A stretch of 63,220 nucleotides of DNA, counting the filler, from Phoronis australis (taxonomy: Eukaryota > Animalia > Phoronida): the NCBI GenBank assembly GCA_002633005.1. It is 13 parts of 13 records of this genome, joined end to end, with 100 filler letters (N's around TTAATTAATTAA, not from the genome) between each part and the next. Parts side by side here need not be neighbours in the genome. Positions count along the whole stretch, not along the records: positions 23,847 to 36,012 come from NMRA01001652.1; 12 more parts are not named here. One strand, given 5' to 3'. The position numbers were made by a program, and so were the translations under genes. Shown in pieces: positions 24,501 through 36,012 of the stretch. Every line of letters begins with the position of its first letter. Position 1 is the stretch's first letter. The notes below the pieces were generated by a model. It worked only from the letters and a program-made list of their open reading frames with translations. It ran no database searches and was not told the DNA's origin.

Positions 24501-26587
24501 TATCCCATACGCGTTGAATCAGTCGAGGGAAATAATAATGTTTCCGCATTCACCTCCCGCACGTCTACTTTTAACAGTGACCTCTGACATGGAAAGTTCA
24601 AAAAGTAGGTCAATGTCGACTCGACGTCGTTGGCCTGTTCGATCATCAAACTTTTCGAATACAGTTTAAAGTAATACAGTTGCAGCAGTATAAATAACAC
24701 TCAACATGCAATCAGGCCCTAAACGTAACATCTAGTACAAAACTGCTAATTGTATGACACTTCTGTCTCAGTTTTCAATATTATTGTTAAATATTATATC
24801 GTCTGCAACTCAGGAGCCGATTTCTCGGTAACTACAATATCAAATGATGTTGTTTGTAAAACTATTTTCAGGAAATGTTACAAGTTCAATGCTAAATTAC
24901 CGTTGTTTTCATCTTTGTTATCTCTTTTCAAGTAAGAAACCGTTACATTTAAAACTGTTTCTTTTACTAGAGAAAACTGGTAACCTAACGCTCAAGTATA
25001 TACAGTATACTCAAAACGTACCGAGAGTGGCGTACATCTCAGATAGATCCAAACAATGTGACCCAAATTTCGCCACAAAACTTGCAATAACTTTACACTG
25101 CTTGCCCCGATTTTGATACTTTTTCGATTTTTACTGAGTAGAATGCGCTACCTTTCCGATAATAACAAAGTACTTTTTCAAAACGAGAAAAAAAATAAAA
25201 CCGAAAAAAATTGTTTCGACCCATATTTGTTCCTAGGTTCAACCGGCCTACGTATGGAACTAAACACCAATGCTATTTTAACATATTAAGTACGCGTAAC
25301 ATTCCAAAAAAAATCAACGACCACTAACTACAAACTATAAATACACTACATATGCAAGCGAATCACGAGATATTGCTAATAAAACAAAATAATGAAGACT
25401 TTTCGAGTAAGCGATAGCACATTTAGTTACAAGGAAAAAATGGCGGAGTTCAGGACAAGTTTCTGAACTGATGAGCCGGAAATGTGGGTACGGAAATAAC
25501 CGATGACAGCCGGTAACTATACGCTCACAGAGACTGTTAAAAAATCGCTTTTGGCAAGAAAGGCGAAAAGAATATAAAGGGTGTCGAAAATAAGATTTTA
25601 TGTAGTAAGTATTTTCGGATGACTGGAACCACATGGGCATTTTGAGACCAGGTCTTTAAAATTATTTTTTTGATTCACTTTATTTATATTTTGTTTCAAT
25701 TTTTATTTGGTTTTAAGTAAAAACATTATTTTAACAAGAATAACTCAACGTTTCTTAAAAGGACACAATCTCCAACCCCAGACCTCTGACATAGAAAGTA
25801 GTTACAAAAGCCGAGGCTAGTCGATAAAGGTAGATCGATTCTTTGAAATGTTTATCGTTTAGTGTGTGGTATAAATATATTATTACATGTTCTCAGTCGT
25901 TATCCCCCTTATCTTTTGCTCTCGGGCGATAATTCTCCAAAATCCACTCGGGCTCTAGATTACGGGGAATAACGACTTCGCCATGTAATAATCTACATTT
26001 ATACACCATCTCATGGGCGCATCCAGGGGGCCGTGTATGGAACGCCCCTAGCGTCACCTTGTGACGGGTCTTTTCTGACACGTGACGAGTCATTTTTGAC
26101 ACGCTGACGCGTCAATGATGCTTTCGAACACATGTGGACGTTGTTAAAAGAACCAATCAGTGTTAAGGTTACATAGTGTGTTGACTAAACCAATGAGGTC
26201 GTCGTGTTTTGACGTGACTGACAACTACAAATGCTGTCAATCATATATCGACTAAGTCCTCGAATGCAGAGCGCGAAATCGTCACTTGAAGTGTGCTGCC
26301 TCACAGAGATTGGGGTGACTGAAAGGAATTTATACGATCAACAGGTACTGTGACGGGTACGGTGACGGCAATTTCGTTTGATGGTGGTGTATTTCAGGAA
26401 TTGCTTTCACCAGACAGGAGCTTGACCTAATAATTACATTAATACCAACAACAGCAAAGCCTAACATCGTGTGGCGAGGACAATTCGAGTTCTGCCAACA
26501 GGCAACATGGCGGTCAGATGAGCGACATTACAATTGAACTTCACGGAGCAAGCTTGTGTAGGCCTACTGCATGGAATACATGTCAGA

Positions 26588-29500
26588 ATGTCTGAATTTG
26601 TTCTCGATTGTAAACGTGAGCTGGAGTGTTGCTGTAGACATCTTTCAACGGACCAAGTGTCGCAAGAAACTGTCACTTTCGTGAAAGCGAAGTAAGTTGA
26701 CCTTTTTCTGGCTGGGTGTGATGTGCTCGACTACTTTAGTTTATGTACTATAGCAGTGGTTCAACCCAGTGTAGGTTATACAAAAGAATAGAATCGTACC
26801 TAACCTGGGGTAACGGTTTACTATAGAGTACTGCATGAAAGTACTTATGATCTGGAAAATTATGATGTGCACCCATTTACACAGTGAAGAAACTTGGCTC
26901 AAAAACTTACCTTTTGACAAAATGTTTCCCAAAAAACACTGCCTTTTTGTTGCTTTAATTTCACCACGGGGTACCTGGGGGAGGGTGGTTCTTTTGAAAG
27001 TGTACCACATACAGGTCAGAGTCTATATACCTTTTGGCTAGTAAAAGTTTAAGCCCCGTATGGTGCACCGCTCATGACCAGCCCCAGGATATCCACATTT
27101 CCTTAAAAAGCTCTTGCCTTGAGCTTATACCCACATGTTTGAATCTTTCCTATGATTAAGGGACTTGGCCCACCCATTTATTTCACAAAGCTTTGTGTAA
27201 AGACAAAATTATTTTCCCTGTCTTGATTAATAACTTAGAACGTTGCTTATGGTTACCTTTCAGATTGACCACTTTAACTAGAAGTATACAGAATGCTGTT
27301 GGTGGTGGTGTTGTCGATGAGGCTTCTTCAGCAAAATTATTGAATTTTGCTAGGAGGTTAACGGAGGAGGCAAATCAAGCTGCATTTGAATCAAGTGAGC
27401 GTCATTGTCTGTGTATTATAGTTTCGGCCACATAAAGACAGTGAATGAATAACATGATTTCCTCTGTTACACAGCGTTATTTTAGCAATTGAACCGATGC
27501 TTATTAAATTAAAGATACCAACATGTCACCTTTATCTTTACCTTGAGGTACCCTTTGCAGTGAGCACTTTTAGGTTATTCCTATTTGCATGTCTGGGTGT
27601 TCATTGCTGTCACGTTTATTGCACAAGTTAATAGAGAGCTTACATATCGCTGCTTACTAAGTAATGAATTCCAAGAACGTATTTGAAAATGATATGCCGA
27701 GATCCCTCGTTTTACACGACCAAAACTCACTTGTGTGCATTTCAGCGGGATTGTTTACGCACATGTTTGGTATCTGGTATCGTGTAACTGGCCATATGCG
27801 AAAACTCGGTTCTTTTGTTTAAAATAATCTTTCAATGTGTGATGTGTATTGCAGGTCAAAACACGTGTACATTGCAAGTGCAACGCTTTTTGGGTACATC
27901 GAAGTTTGACATAACCTCATCTCAGTTAGAGTGTATGATAAAAGCAAACTTCACACGACAAGAGATGGCTGAATCAATGGGAGTTAGTTCCTCTACCATA
28001 TCACGTCGACTGAAGTATGTTATAATTTTATTACTACTGTTTAAGCATGGACACTGACTCTTGACTAGTGCTTAAGGCCTACCAATTAGATGGATAGAGC
28101 TCTTAATTAGTGGTGATTAATGTAATTCTATCACTTTAGAATCTTTAGATTGCATCTGGTAAATGTCATCCATTGCATAGGTGGATCCAGGATGTCTTAA
28201 GGGGCGGGGCACTACATCTTCCAACTGGCAACTACCCAGGAAGTCTAGTAATTCCCCATATTTTTTAGTCACACCCAGTTTCAGACTAGTGTTCTTGATT
28301 TTGATTACTTGCTATCAGAGGGGGAACCAAAAATCTTGTTTAATTGTGGCTTTCACAAATTGGCCGCAGTACAGTTACTATCCCCAAGTATCACAATTTA
28401 CATTTTGTATATGACTGTAACTAAGCAATCACTTGAAGTTTGCATAGGCCTTGATGTTAATATATCAATGTTTCTTGGTTCTCAGGCAGTATGATATGTC
28501 TACAAGACAATACAGTGAGGTTGCGGACTCAGATCTAGACTCAGCTGTTAAAGGCATAGTTGGTTTGTATTGTAAAATTGCACTTCAAAGTTGAACTAAA
28601 TTATTTATCATTGGATTATGATTGCCGTAGACACCTACAAATGACCACATGTGAAACAGTACACTTTTGCAAGACCTCCCGACTCAAATGTTTCGCATAT
28701 ACATGTGCATTTGCTCAAGATTTGCAATTACGTGGATGCGGGTCACCTCACCAAGATGCTGTCTGGTGCTCCGATTACAGACAGACTTTTTTGTTTTTGA
28801 ACAAACACTATTCCACGCAATGTGTGGTGTGACAGCTCTTGCAGTAATAAAAATTAGAGTAATTGTTCAAAAATATACCAAATTGTACTTGTATGTTAAG
28901 CCTTGAATGGTTGTTGAGAAAAGTAATTAAGTACGATGTTCATTCCAGTGGCTGGTTGCATGAAACAGTCCTTATTAGGGAATCAACTATGTTCCCTTAA
29001 ATGTTTGGCATATTTGTTTGGTTCATAACTCACTTGTGTAATGTTTTCCTATCATTTTACTTTTGTTGCATGCTCCTCTAATAATATACGTGAAAATTGA
29101 GCCCTTAATTTCATCAAAACTATAAGGGACTAAGTCCTTAAAGGGCGTTGCACGAAAAGATCCCTACTTATTTCCAATAGTAATGCGTCTTCTATGTTGT
29201 ATTTATACAATCTTCTTGACAGAATTATTTTGTTGTATAACCATCCATTTCTTGCAGTCAAATAGTGTTATTCTTGAACTTTAGTGAGAGTTTTGTGATG
29301 GGTTGTTTAATTGGCATTGCATTTGAATTAAAACTGGTTAAAGTCGAAGAGAAATGGATATTTAGGTGCAGTTTTATGCGGTTGCGCATTAGGTACCTCA
29401 AATTTTGGCGCTGGCCTTTGTATTTTGGAAACTTCTTTTTATGCGCCCACATATTTGTATGTGGACGCATTACACCGTCATCTTCGTCCGATGGGCGTCT

Positions 29501-32340
29501 GCCCTATCTCCAAAACGCCTTGACGTACTGTTCATAAAATTTTGCCTGAAGGCACTGTTGTAGTGCTTCAGGCATTGTAAGACATAAAAATTCTAAGAAA
29601 ATGCTCATTTTTACGAAAAAATTTGCACCTCATTGAGTTCAAACACAAATGCTTTTGAAGTGTAACATATTTGGTGTTGTATTTTACCGGTAATTTCTCA
29701 TCTGCTCAGTATAAATTTTGTCTGCTTGGGTACCCAAAGCATTCATCCAATTAATAATGGCAATTTTCCTCATGCACACCATATTTTGCCAGTCTTCATA
29801 CAGTAAAACCTCTGACTCTAATTTCGGAAAATCTAGGACACTAATTTCAGACAAACATAATTGCCAAAATTGCCCATTTTTCATGTTTCAAAGGCTTCTA
29901 ATATTGTTATAAGTACCCACACTTTTTCTAAACTTTGTCTGATGGTAGCTATGAAACTGTGAAGCCATCATTTTAGACAGCTATTGCTGATAGGATACAT
30001 TTTTACAGTCTATTGAACATGATCATAAACTATATCACACTGAGTTGCACACAGGTCAATTTCGATCAGGTAAAATGTGGGACCCAAATAACCAATAACA
30101 CCCCTGAACCTGTGCGAATTTGGGTACGTTTCGTTTACAAATATGTCTTTGTCCGGTAACCAGCCTTGCGCAAAAGCTCCCTTAGTGTCAGACATTCAAA
30201 GGATTCGTTTCAACTCTTTTTCGTTTGACTTTTAGGTGACAACCAACAACTGGGTGCTAAATCTGTACTGGGTAGCTTATCTGCACAGGGCATAAAAGTC
30301 CAAAGACGGCGTGTTCGTGACAGCTTGGTGAGGGTGGATCCTGCTGGAGCAGCAATGCGTGCAATGTCCAACAAAATTCAAAGGAGGACTTACAAAGTAC
30401 CTGGTCCTAACTCTCTGTGGCACATTGATGGCAATCACAAGTTGATAAGGTAAACCAGGGTTCATTGTACAAATCTCAAGCCATGGGTCACATAACACAT
30501 TACAGCTAAAATCAATTGGCCATTTTTCAGACTCGAGCGTGTCATCACCCAAGCAGCCTGAGGAAAACAAACATGACGAGACTTCAGTATGTCATTTGAA
30601 ATTTTAATGTGCCCAGGTGTTGTAGTGCAGTTCGGCAAAAATGAGCCCTGTAAACTTGTTTACTTTCATTATGGTTCTCAAGTTGTTTTTGAAAAGGAAC
30701 ACTTGAACTAAATGCTTCTAATGTGATGTTAAAACAATGGAATGTAAGACGTTCTCTATAGCGGTGCTATTGTTTGTTCTTTAATGAGAAATGTCAGGAT
30801 GTCTTAGAAAAATGGAACTGCAAACTGTATACAGATGCTGCTGTCTCATTCGCGCAATTCGTGGTATTATGCTAGCAGGGCAACAACAAACATTCTGTCG
30901 TATGATAGTCGGCTGTATCGACACATTCGCAGTCACATTTGTTGTACGAATGTCATACAATATTAATCTAAGGTTTCACTAACTATATTGTATGCCTGTC
31001 ATTAGATTTGTAGTCCCATTTTAAAGTACGACATTCCCAGGGCATGTACATGATGGTTAAACATTTGTGCGAGTGTCCTTTGTCTCGTGTAAGATGATTA
31101 TAGGACTATTCTAGACTCTCGGACATACCAAATATCGTGTGTCAGTCATAACTGTCATACACAAATGTAAGGCATCCCACGACACTCTCGCGATTTAGAT
31201 CTGTTGTTGAACAGTTGCAATAAGTTGACATGCTTTTGCACAAGTTCTCAAATTTCCCGACGCTGTTCTATGACAGCATACTCCAGCGCGTGATACAGTA
31301 AAATTGCACGAACTTTGGACAAAAATAACTGCCATAATCCACCATTTTTCAATGGTTCTAATTCATGGGCGCATTTCAATGCTCTGCATAGCTCTTGTTG
31401 TTTCACTGTTGCCTGTTTTGTTACAAAAGAGTTCAGTTCCGATAAAAGATAGTAGCCCCTATGAAACCGAGTGCCTTGGTACAATACTCCAAATGTGCTT
31501 ACATGGGGTGCCACACATGTTTGTTGCTGACACATTTTTATTAATACTACCTGTTCAGAAACATGGCAATATTGTTTCTCATCTTATATCTGGTATAAGT
31601 ACATATTTTGTTTTAGATGGAGAATTGTCATACATGCTGGAGTAGATGGGGACACCCGTTTCCTAGTGTATGCGAAAGCATCCTCCAACAACTGTTCTAC
31701 AACTGTACTTGATTGTTTCCGAAAAGCAGTGATGAACTATGGTGTGCCTTCTCGAGTTAGATGTGACCATGGTGCGGAAAATGTGCATGTATGTGCATTC
31801 ATGGAAATGTTCCGTGGTCTGGACAGAGGGAGTGTCATTCAAGGGAAAAGTGTGCATAATCAGAGGATAGAAAGATTGTGGCGAGATATGTGGCGTGGTG
31901 TCACCAATGTGTACCATGAGATGTTTAGTTTTTTAGAGGAGAAACGTCTTTTGGATCCAGATGACCAACTGTCCTTGTGGTGCTTGCACTATGTCTTTAT
32001 ACCCAAAATCAATGAATCGCTGAAAGCTTTCCAACATCAGTGGAACCACCATGGTCTCCGCACAGAGAGGGGCAAGTCGCCATACAAGCTGTTTGTACGA
32101 TTGTTGGCATTACAACATAGCAATCTCACTGCTGTATCAGAGCTTTTTGACAACTTCTCTACAAATTGTGAGTTACATAACCAAGAAAGCATAGCACCGG
32201 ACTCTTCTCCATGTCCGCTCTCAAATAACGACCTTTCTCGGCTTGACGAACTTGTATCTTCACTGTACAATAGAGGAACTCACAAGTTACAAGTTTATCA
32301 GAAAACACTAGAATATGTAAAATCAAGTTCTCATTCATAA
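26588..32340 (+). CDS. DDE transposase, integrase-core/IS3EU-like, 6 exons (26588-26691, 27264-27394, 27855-28014, 28486-28562, 30236-30449, 31617-32340), 469 aa
   Basis: All five introns are GT-AG with compatible phases and the exons sum to 1410 nt with no stop. HTH ([22 protein letters not shown]), then [65 protein letters not shown] (D-D-E triad intact), [11 protein letters not shown]. Confidence 0.9.
28950..29180. mobile_element. truncated relative of the 3741-4149 MITE in transposase intron 4
   Basis: GGTTGCATGAAACAGTCC end plus an internal segment (AAAATTGAGCCCTTAATT...GGGACTAAGTCCTT...ATCCCTACTTATT) matching the reverse complement of ~3917-3996. Confidence 0.7.
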
Positions 32341-32823
32341 CCTAGGTGCTGCTGTTAATGTTAAAATGTTCGTTTGTTTGTTAGTTTTGTCTGTCAATTT
32401 CAAATAGAAATGTAACCCCAAGAATAACCTGTCCTCACTGAGAGCAAAAGTCCGCTTACATCTTCGATTACCAGGTTCTTATGCTCAAGGATCTTCATTG
32501 TACTTAGGCATATACCTAAATTCATACTACGAACTATTTTGATATTAGTGCTGTTGTCTGTGGATGTATCTTTAGGAGAGTGGTGTTGAACACCAGTCTC
32601 GGATAAAGTTCGGTTAACCACCCCCTCCTGGACTTGTTGAAATTTCATGTTTTAGTGCCCAAGTCAGGTTAATCTCCCACCCTCGAATTTTTGGCCATGC
32701 CAGTTTAACCGCCCAGGGCGAAAACCCGAATGTTTACAGTAAAAACACAACTTAATAGACTGTCTCCACTGAGCAAGACTATATTACGTACTGATACATC
32801 ATTACTGATCAAGAAAATAGAAC

Positions 32824-35800
32824 CTATAAGGAATCAACAACTGATGGCACAGCACTGTGAAAATCAGCCAATGTCACTGTCATCAAGTCCTGGTTACTGA
32901 CCGCATTGCCCTCGTTTATTTGGATAAACAGTCTTTCGTTAATGACATTTTTGACTGCACAGGCTACCCTAACGCAGAAGCCACCGTTGTACTTTTGCAG
33001 GGTGCTACACTCCACACAGGTTTCTAAGTAGCATTGAACTTCCTTGTGTGATGGAACCACTGTATAGCCGTCTGTTTGTAACATTTGAAATAGAATGTCT
33101 GTTAACTCAGACATGGAATAGTCATGGAATGTAAAAGTGTGACTAATCCGACTCTTAAGGCCTGGGTTCGAGTTTAACAACCTTGACATCTCCTTTGGAT
33201 ATCCCGCTAAGATAATGCTGGGCCTTAGAGTGCTTGTTGATGCACCACCCTCCATGGTCGCCATTATCGTCTCCAAAGCTTCTTGCCCATAGTCCTTGCT
33301 CTCCCCACCTCTAACAAGCCGGTACGCTTCGTCTACAAACAGAGTTACTCCCATGGCTTCCATTAGCACATCCTGGGTCTTGATTGCAGTCTGGCCAATG
33401 TGGCCAGCTACTAGATCTTCTCGCTGGACCACAAAGAGCTCTGGGCTGTCAACAAGACCTGACAAGTGCATGACATCTGAAAACCAAAATTAACTGTATA
33501 AACTGGAGACGTTATGGACACATACCAATAATTTTTCGGTTACAGCCCCCTACTTTGAAGGCTCTTTGCGAAAAAAAATTAATCCAAAGGCCATAATTGA
33601 AATTCTTATGATTAACCTGAATTAAGTAGCACAAAAACAGCTTAATTACTTATGAAAGGTTTTCCCCGACTAGGAGCTCAAAGCTACCTTTTGGATTTAA
33701 TTTTATGAATCTATTTTAGTTAATCAAAATTCTTGTAAGTGTGCATAGACATGTTGAATGTTGCCACTTCTGTATTGGCGTCTGCTGTTAGTGTTGTTTA
33801 ATTGTATGAAGCACTTCTGAAATTATATACTGATTCAAAATAACTGACAAAAATGAAAATTTTCACTTGGAAATGCAGTATTTACAGATATGTTATGGAA
33901 CACACCGTACAAGTTTCGTGAAGATCGTTAAGGACAGGTAGGGGTGGAGGGAGGCACAACGTGACAGAAAATGAAGGTAAAATGCACTTCCAAATGAACA
34001 AGCAGAACATGGAAATGCATTACAATCTGATCTTTGTGCGTAAGGAATGTTTTTAAACAACGACGCATCATAACATCTGAAATATTTTACAATTTCAACT
34101 TACCAGCTACTATCTTGGCAAATGATGTTTTTCCCGTCCCTGGATTGCCTTGGAAAACTATATTTGGCCGACTGCTTGATACTGGCAAACCTCGTACTGA
34201 GCGAACTTTGTTGACAGCGGCCGTCATCGCAAAATTCCTCAGCTCGGTTTTTAACCCTTCTTGTCCTACAACTGATGACAGCTTCTTTCTCACTGTGTCA
34301 CTCAAGTGCGCGATGAATTCTGTAGAATTACAAGTAACTCGTTTTCATTGCAAAGGAAAGGTGAAAGTAAGGAGTGGGATCTAAAAATGTCAAAAATTTT
34401 TGTAAACTTTGGAACATCATGTCTCGCTAATGTCCGGTTGATCAAAATACATTTACACATACGATTTGTGGGCTGTTCTCCAAAATATTGTTAGAACTAT
34501 ATATGTGTAATGTTTTAAATTTGCTATCAAAAGACTGTTACTTCAATGATTTTTATAAAAAAAAACTAAGCTTGCATTAATTTTACGCGTACATCCTGGA
34601 TCCCGCTTAATGCTTTTACAGGATGTTGGATGAGGTCCAACATAACCTTTACATACAAACTTAAATTACCTTTATCATTGAAACAGGTCTCGGCTTGACC
34701 ACAAAATCGCCTCTTCTTTTCTGGCACTTCAGAGGACTGAAAGGAATACCAGGGCAGATCTAGTCCAGTTTCCAGGAAAGACAAGTTTTTACATTGCATG
34801 CTGTAGCCTTGTAAAAATGTAAATAGTTAATTAAATTGGTCTTTATACTTGTGGAAGTAATTCATCACCTCAGTGACCTTCAACAGTAGTACCTCAGACA
34901 AAGTAAATTTACTTGCTGATAACTGAATCCCAATGCTCTTACAAGATGAATGTAGCTAAGTTAAGGTAAATGACAACCCTTGTTACAAAGTATATCATTA
35001 ACTTGTTAAGTATTAGTTGAAGATCCATAAAACTAACCAAACCTCACACAAACATTTATGTAGGTACGGAATAAAGATGCACAACGGCACTTTAGATAGC
35101 ACTTTGTTTGAAGATTTACTTCTAAGCAGAGTAGTTAGCAAGAAATTTATGTACTTAAATGTATTTGCATGTTTAGTACAAAGTCATTTTTAAGTTGTGG
35201 ACCCACTGTCAAATTATGTCATCTAGTGCCTGTTACATCATCGTTAAATATCTAACTTTGGGCGACGTGCAAAATCCATCTGACTTGATTTCTGTATTTA
35301 GTCGTCCTGTTAACTCAGCGAAATAGAGCGTATGGAAGGATAGCAGAGGTTCTGGGTGCGAGCCCTAGTCCTAACAGGAATATTGTCATAGTGTGTGACA
35401 GTGCAAAGCCGTATTTGACACGTAATTACTTCTCATAACTGCTTACCTGTGTTTCAACATAGCAATCTTCACTGGAATCACTCAAGTCAACTGGAGTTGA
35501 TGATGTGACAGCACGTTTTCTATATACAAATCCACCTGTAAAAAGTGAATGTTAAATTGATCTACAGTATAAATCTTACTACTGGCTGTTAATACAAATA
35601 ATTACAGGACACCGAAGTTTTCTGAAATTTGAATTTCAGTACTCAGATATTAACTTAACTTGAGTCTTGCCAATGCATACATTTGAATGCTCATTAATTT
35701 TTTGTACTAAAAGTTTTGATGTTACTTTAATTGTACATTGTCTTCTAGTGACACATGTTGCATAAAATTGTTGTTAAGGCTAAAAGATAATCTTTTTCAG

Positions 35801-36012
35801 GAATATAGACCGATGGGAGGACAAGGTAAACTGAAGTTTGAATATCAATGTCTAACGAGATGCCGCTATACTTTCAGACTTATTCAAGTTTGGTCAAAGA
35901 CTATTTCTGTACAACTCTTCATTACTTACAAGCGACATTATCAGGCTCCCTTAACCACTCATCAAACGTTTCACTGGACATCAGTGACACTGAGCTATTG
36001 TCAAACAACAAC
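32824..36012 (-). CDS. CbbX/CfxQ/SpoVK/EccA-family AAA+ ATPase, 5' truncated; exons >36012-35930, 35535-35447, 34736-34670, 34319-34104, 33476-32824 (>368 aa)
   Basis: LSSVVGQEGLK, Walker A FQGNPGTGKT, QREDLVAGHIGQT, Walker B LFVDEAYRL, DYGQEALETIM, IILAGY, NPGLKSRI..F.F.DYS are diagnostic of the CbbX/SpoVK clade. The last two exons are firm; the three upstream exons rest on GT-AG sites and phase continuity only. Confidence 0.88.
35305..35380 (+). mobile_element. degenerate tRNA-like / tRNA-derived SINE head in an ATPase intron
   Basis: TCCTGTTAACTCAGCGAAATAGAGCG (A-box-like) ... GGGTGCGAGCCC (decayed B-box) ... TAACAGGA; terminal stem TCCTGTTA/TAACAGGA. Confidence 0.5.

Larger units (their letters stand above)
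26036..36012. mobile_element. candidate IS3EU-like DNA transposon carrying a DDE transposase and a convergent AAA+ ATPase (right end beyond contig)
   Basis: Possible terminus TATGGAACGCCCC at 26036 with subterminal TGAC(A/G)CG-type motifs, then the transposase (+) and the ATPase (-). Right TIR/TSD not in the window, so the boundary is inferred. Confidence 0.5.

Noticed and set aside
23900-32340. Copia remnant and the integrase-core gene as one LTR retrotransposon
   Set aside because: Domain order is wrong for copia, the copia piece is decayed while the transposase is intact and intron-rich, and no LTRs are seen.
33894-33901. TATGGAAC as the right TIR of the candidate element
   Set aside because: Same orientation as the 26036 motif, similarity stops after 8 bp, and it lies inside an ATPase intron.
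32824-34319. Bacterial contaminant cbbX/spoVK gene or IS21 IstB
   Set aside because: Interrupted by canonical spliceosomal introns with matching phase, and the motifs are CbbX/SpoVK-type rather than IstB/DnaC-type.
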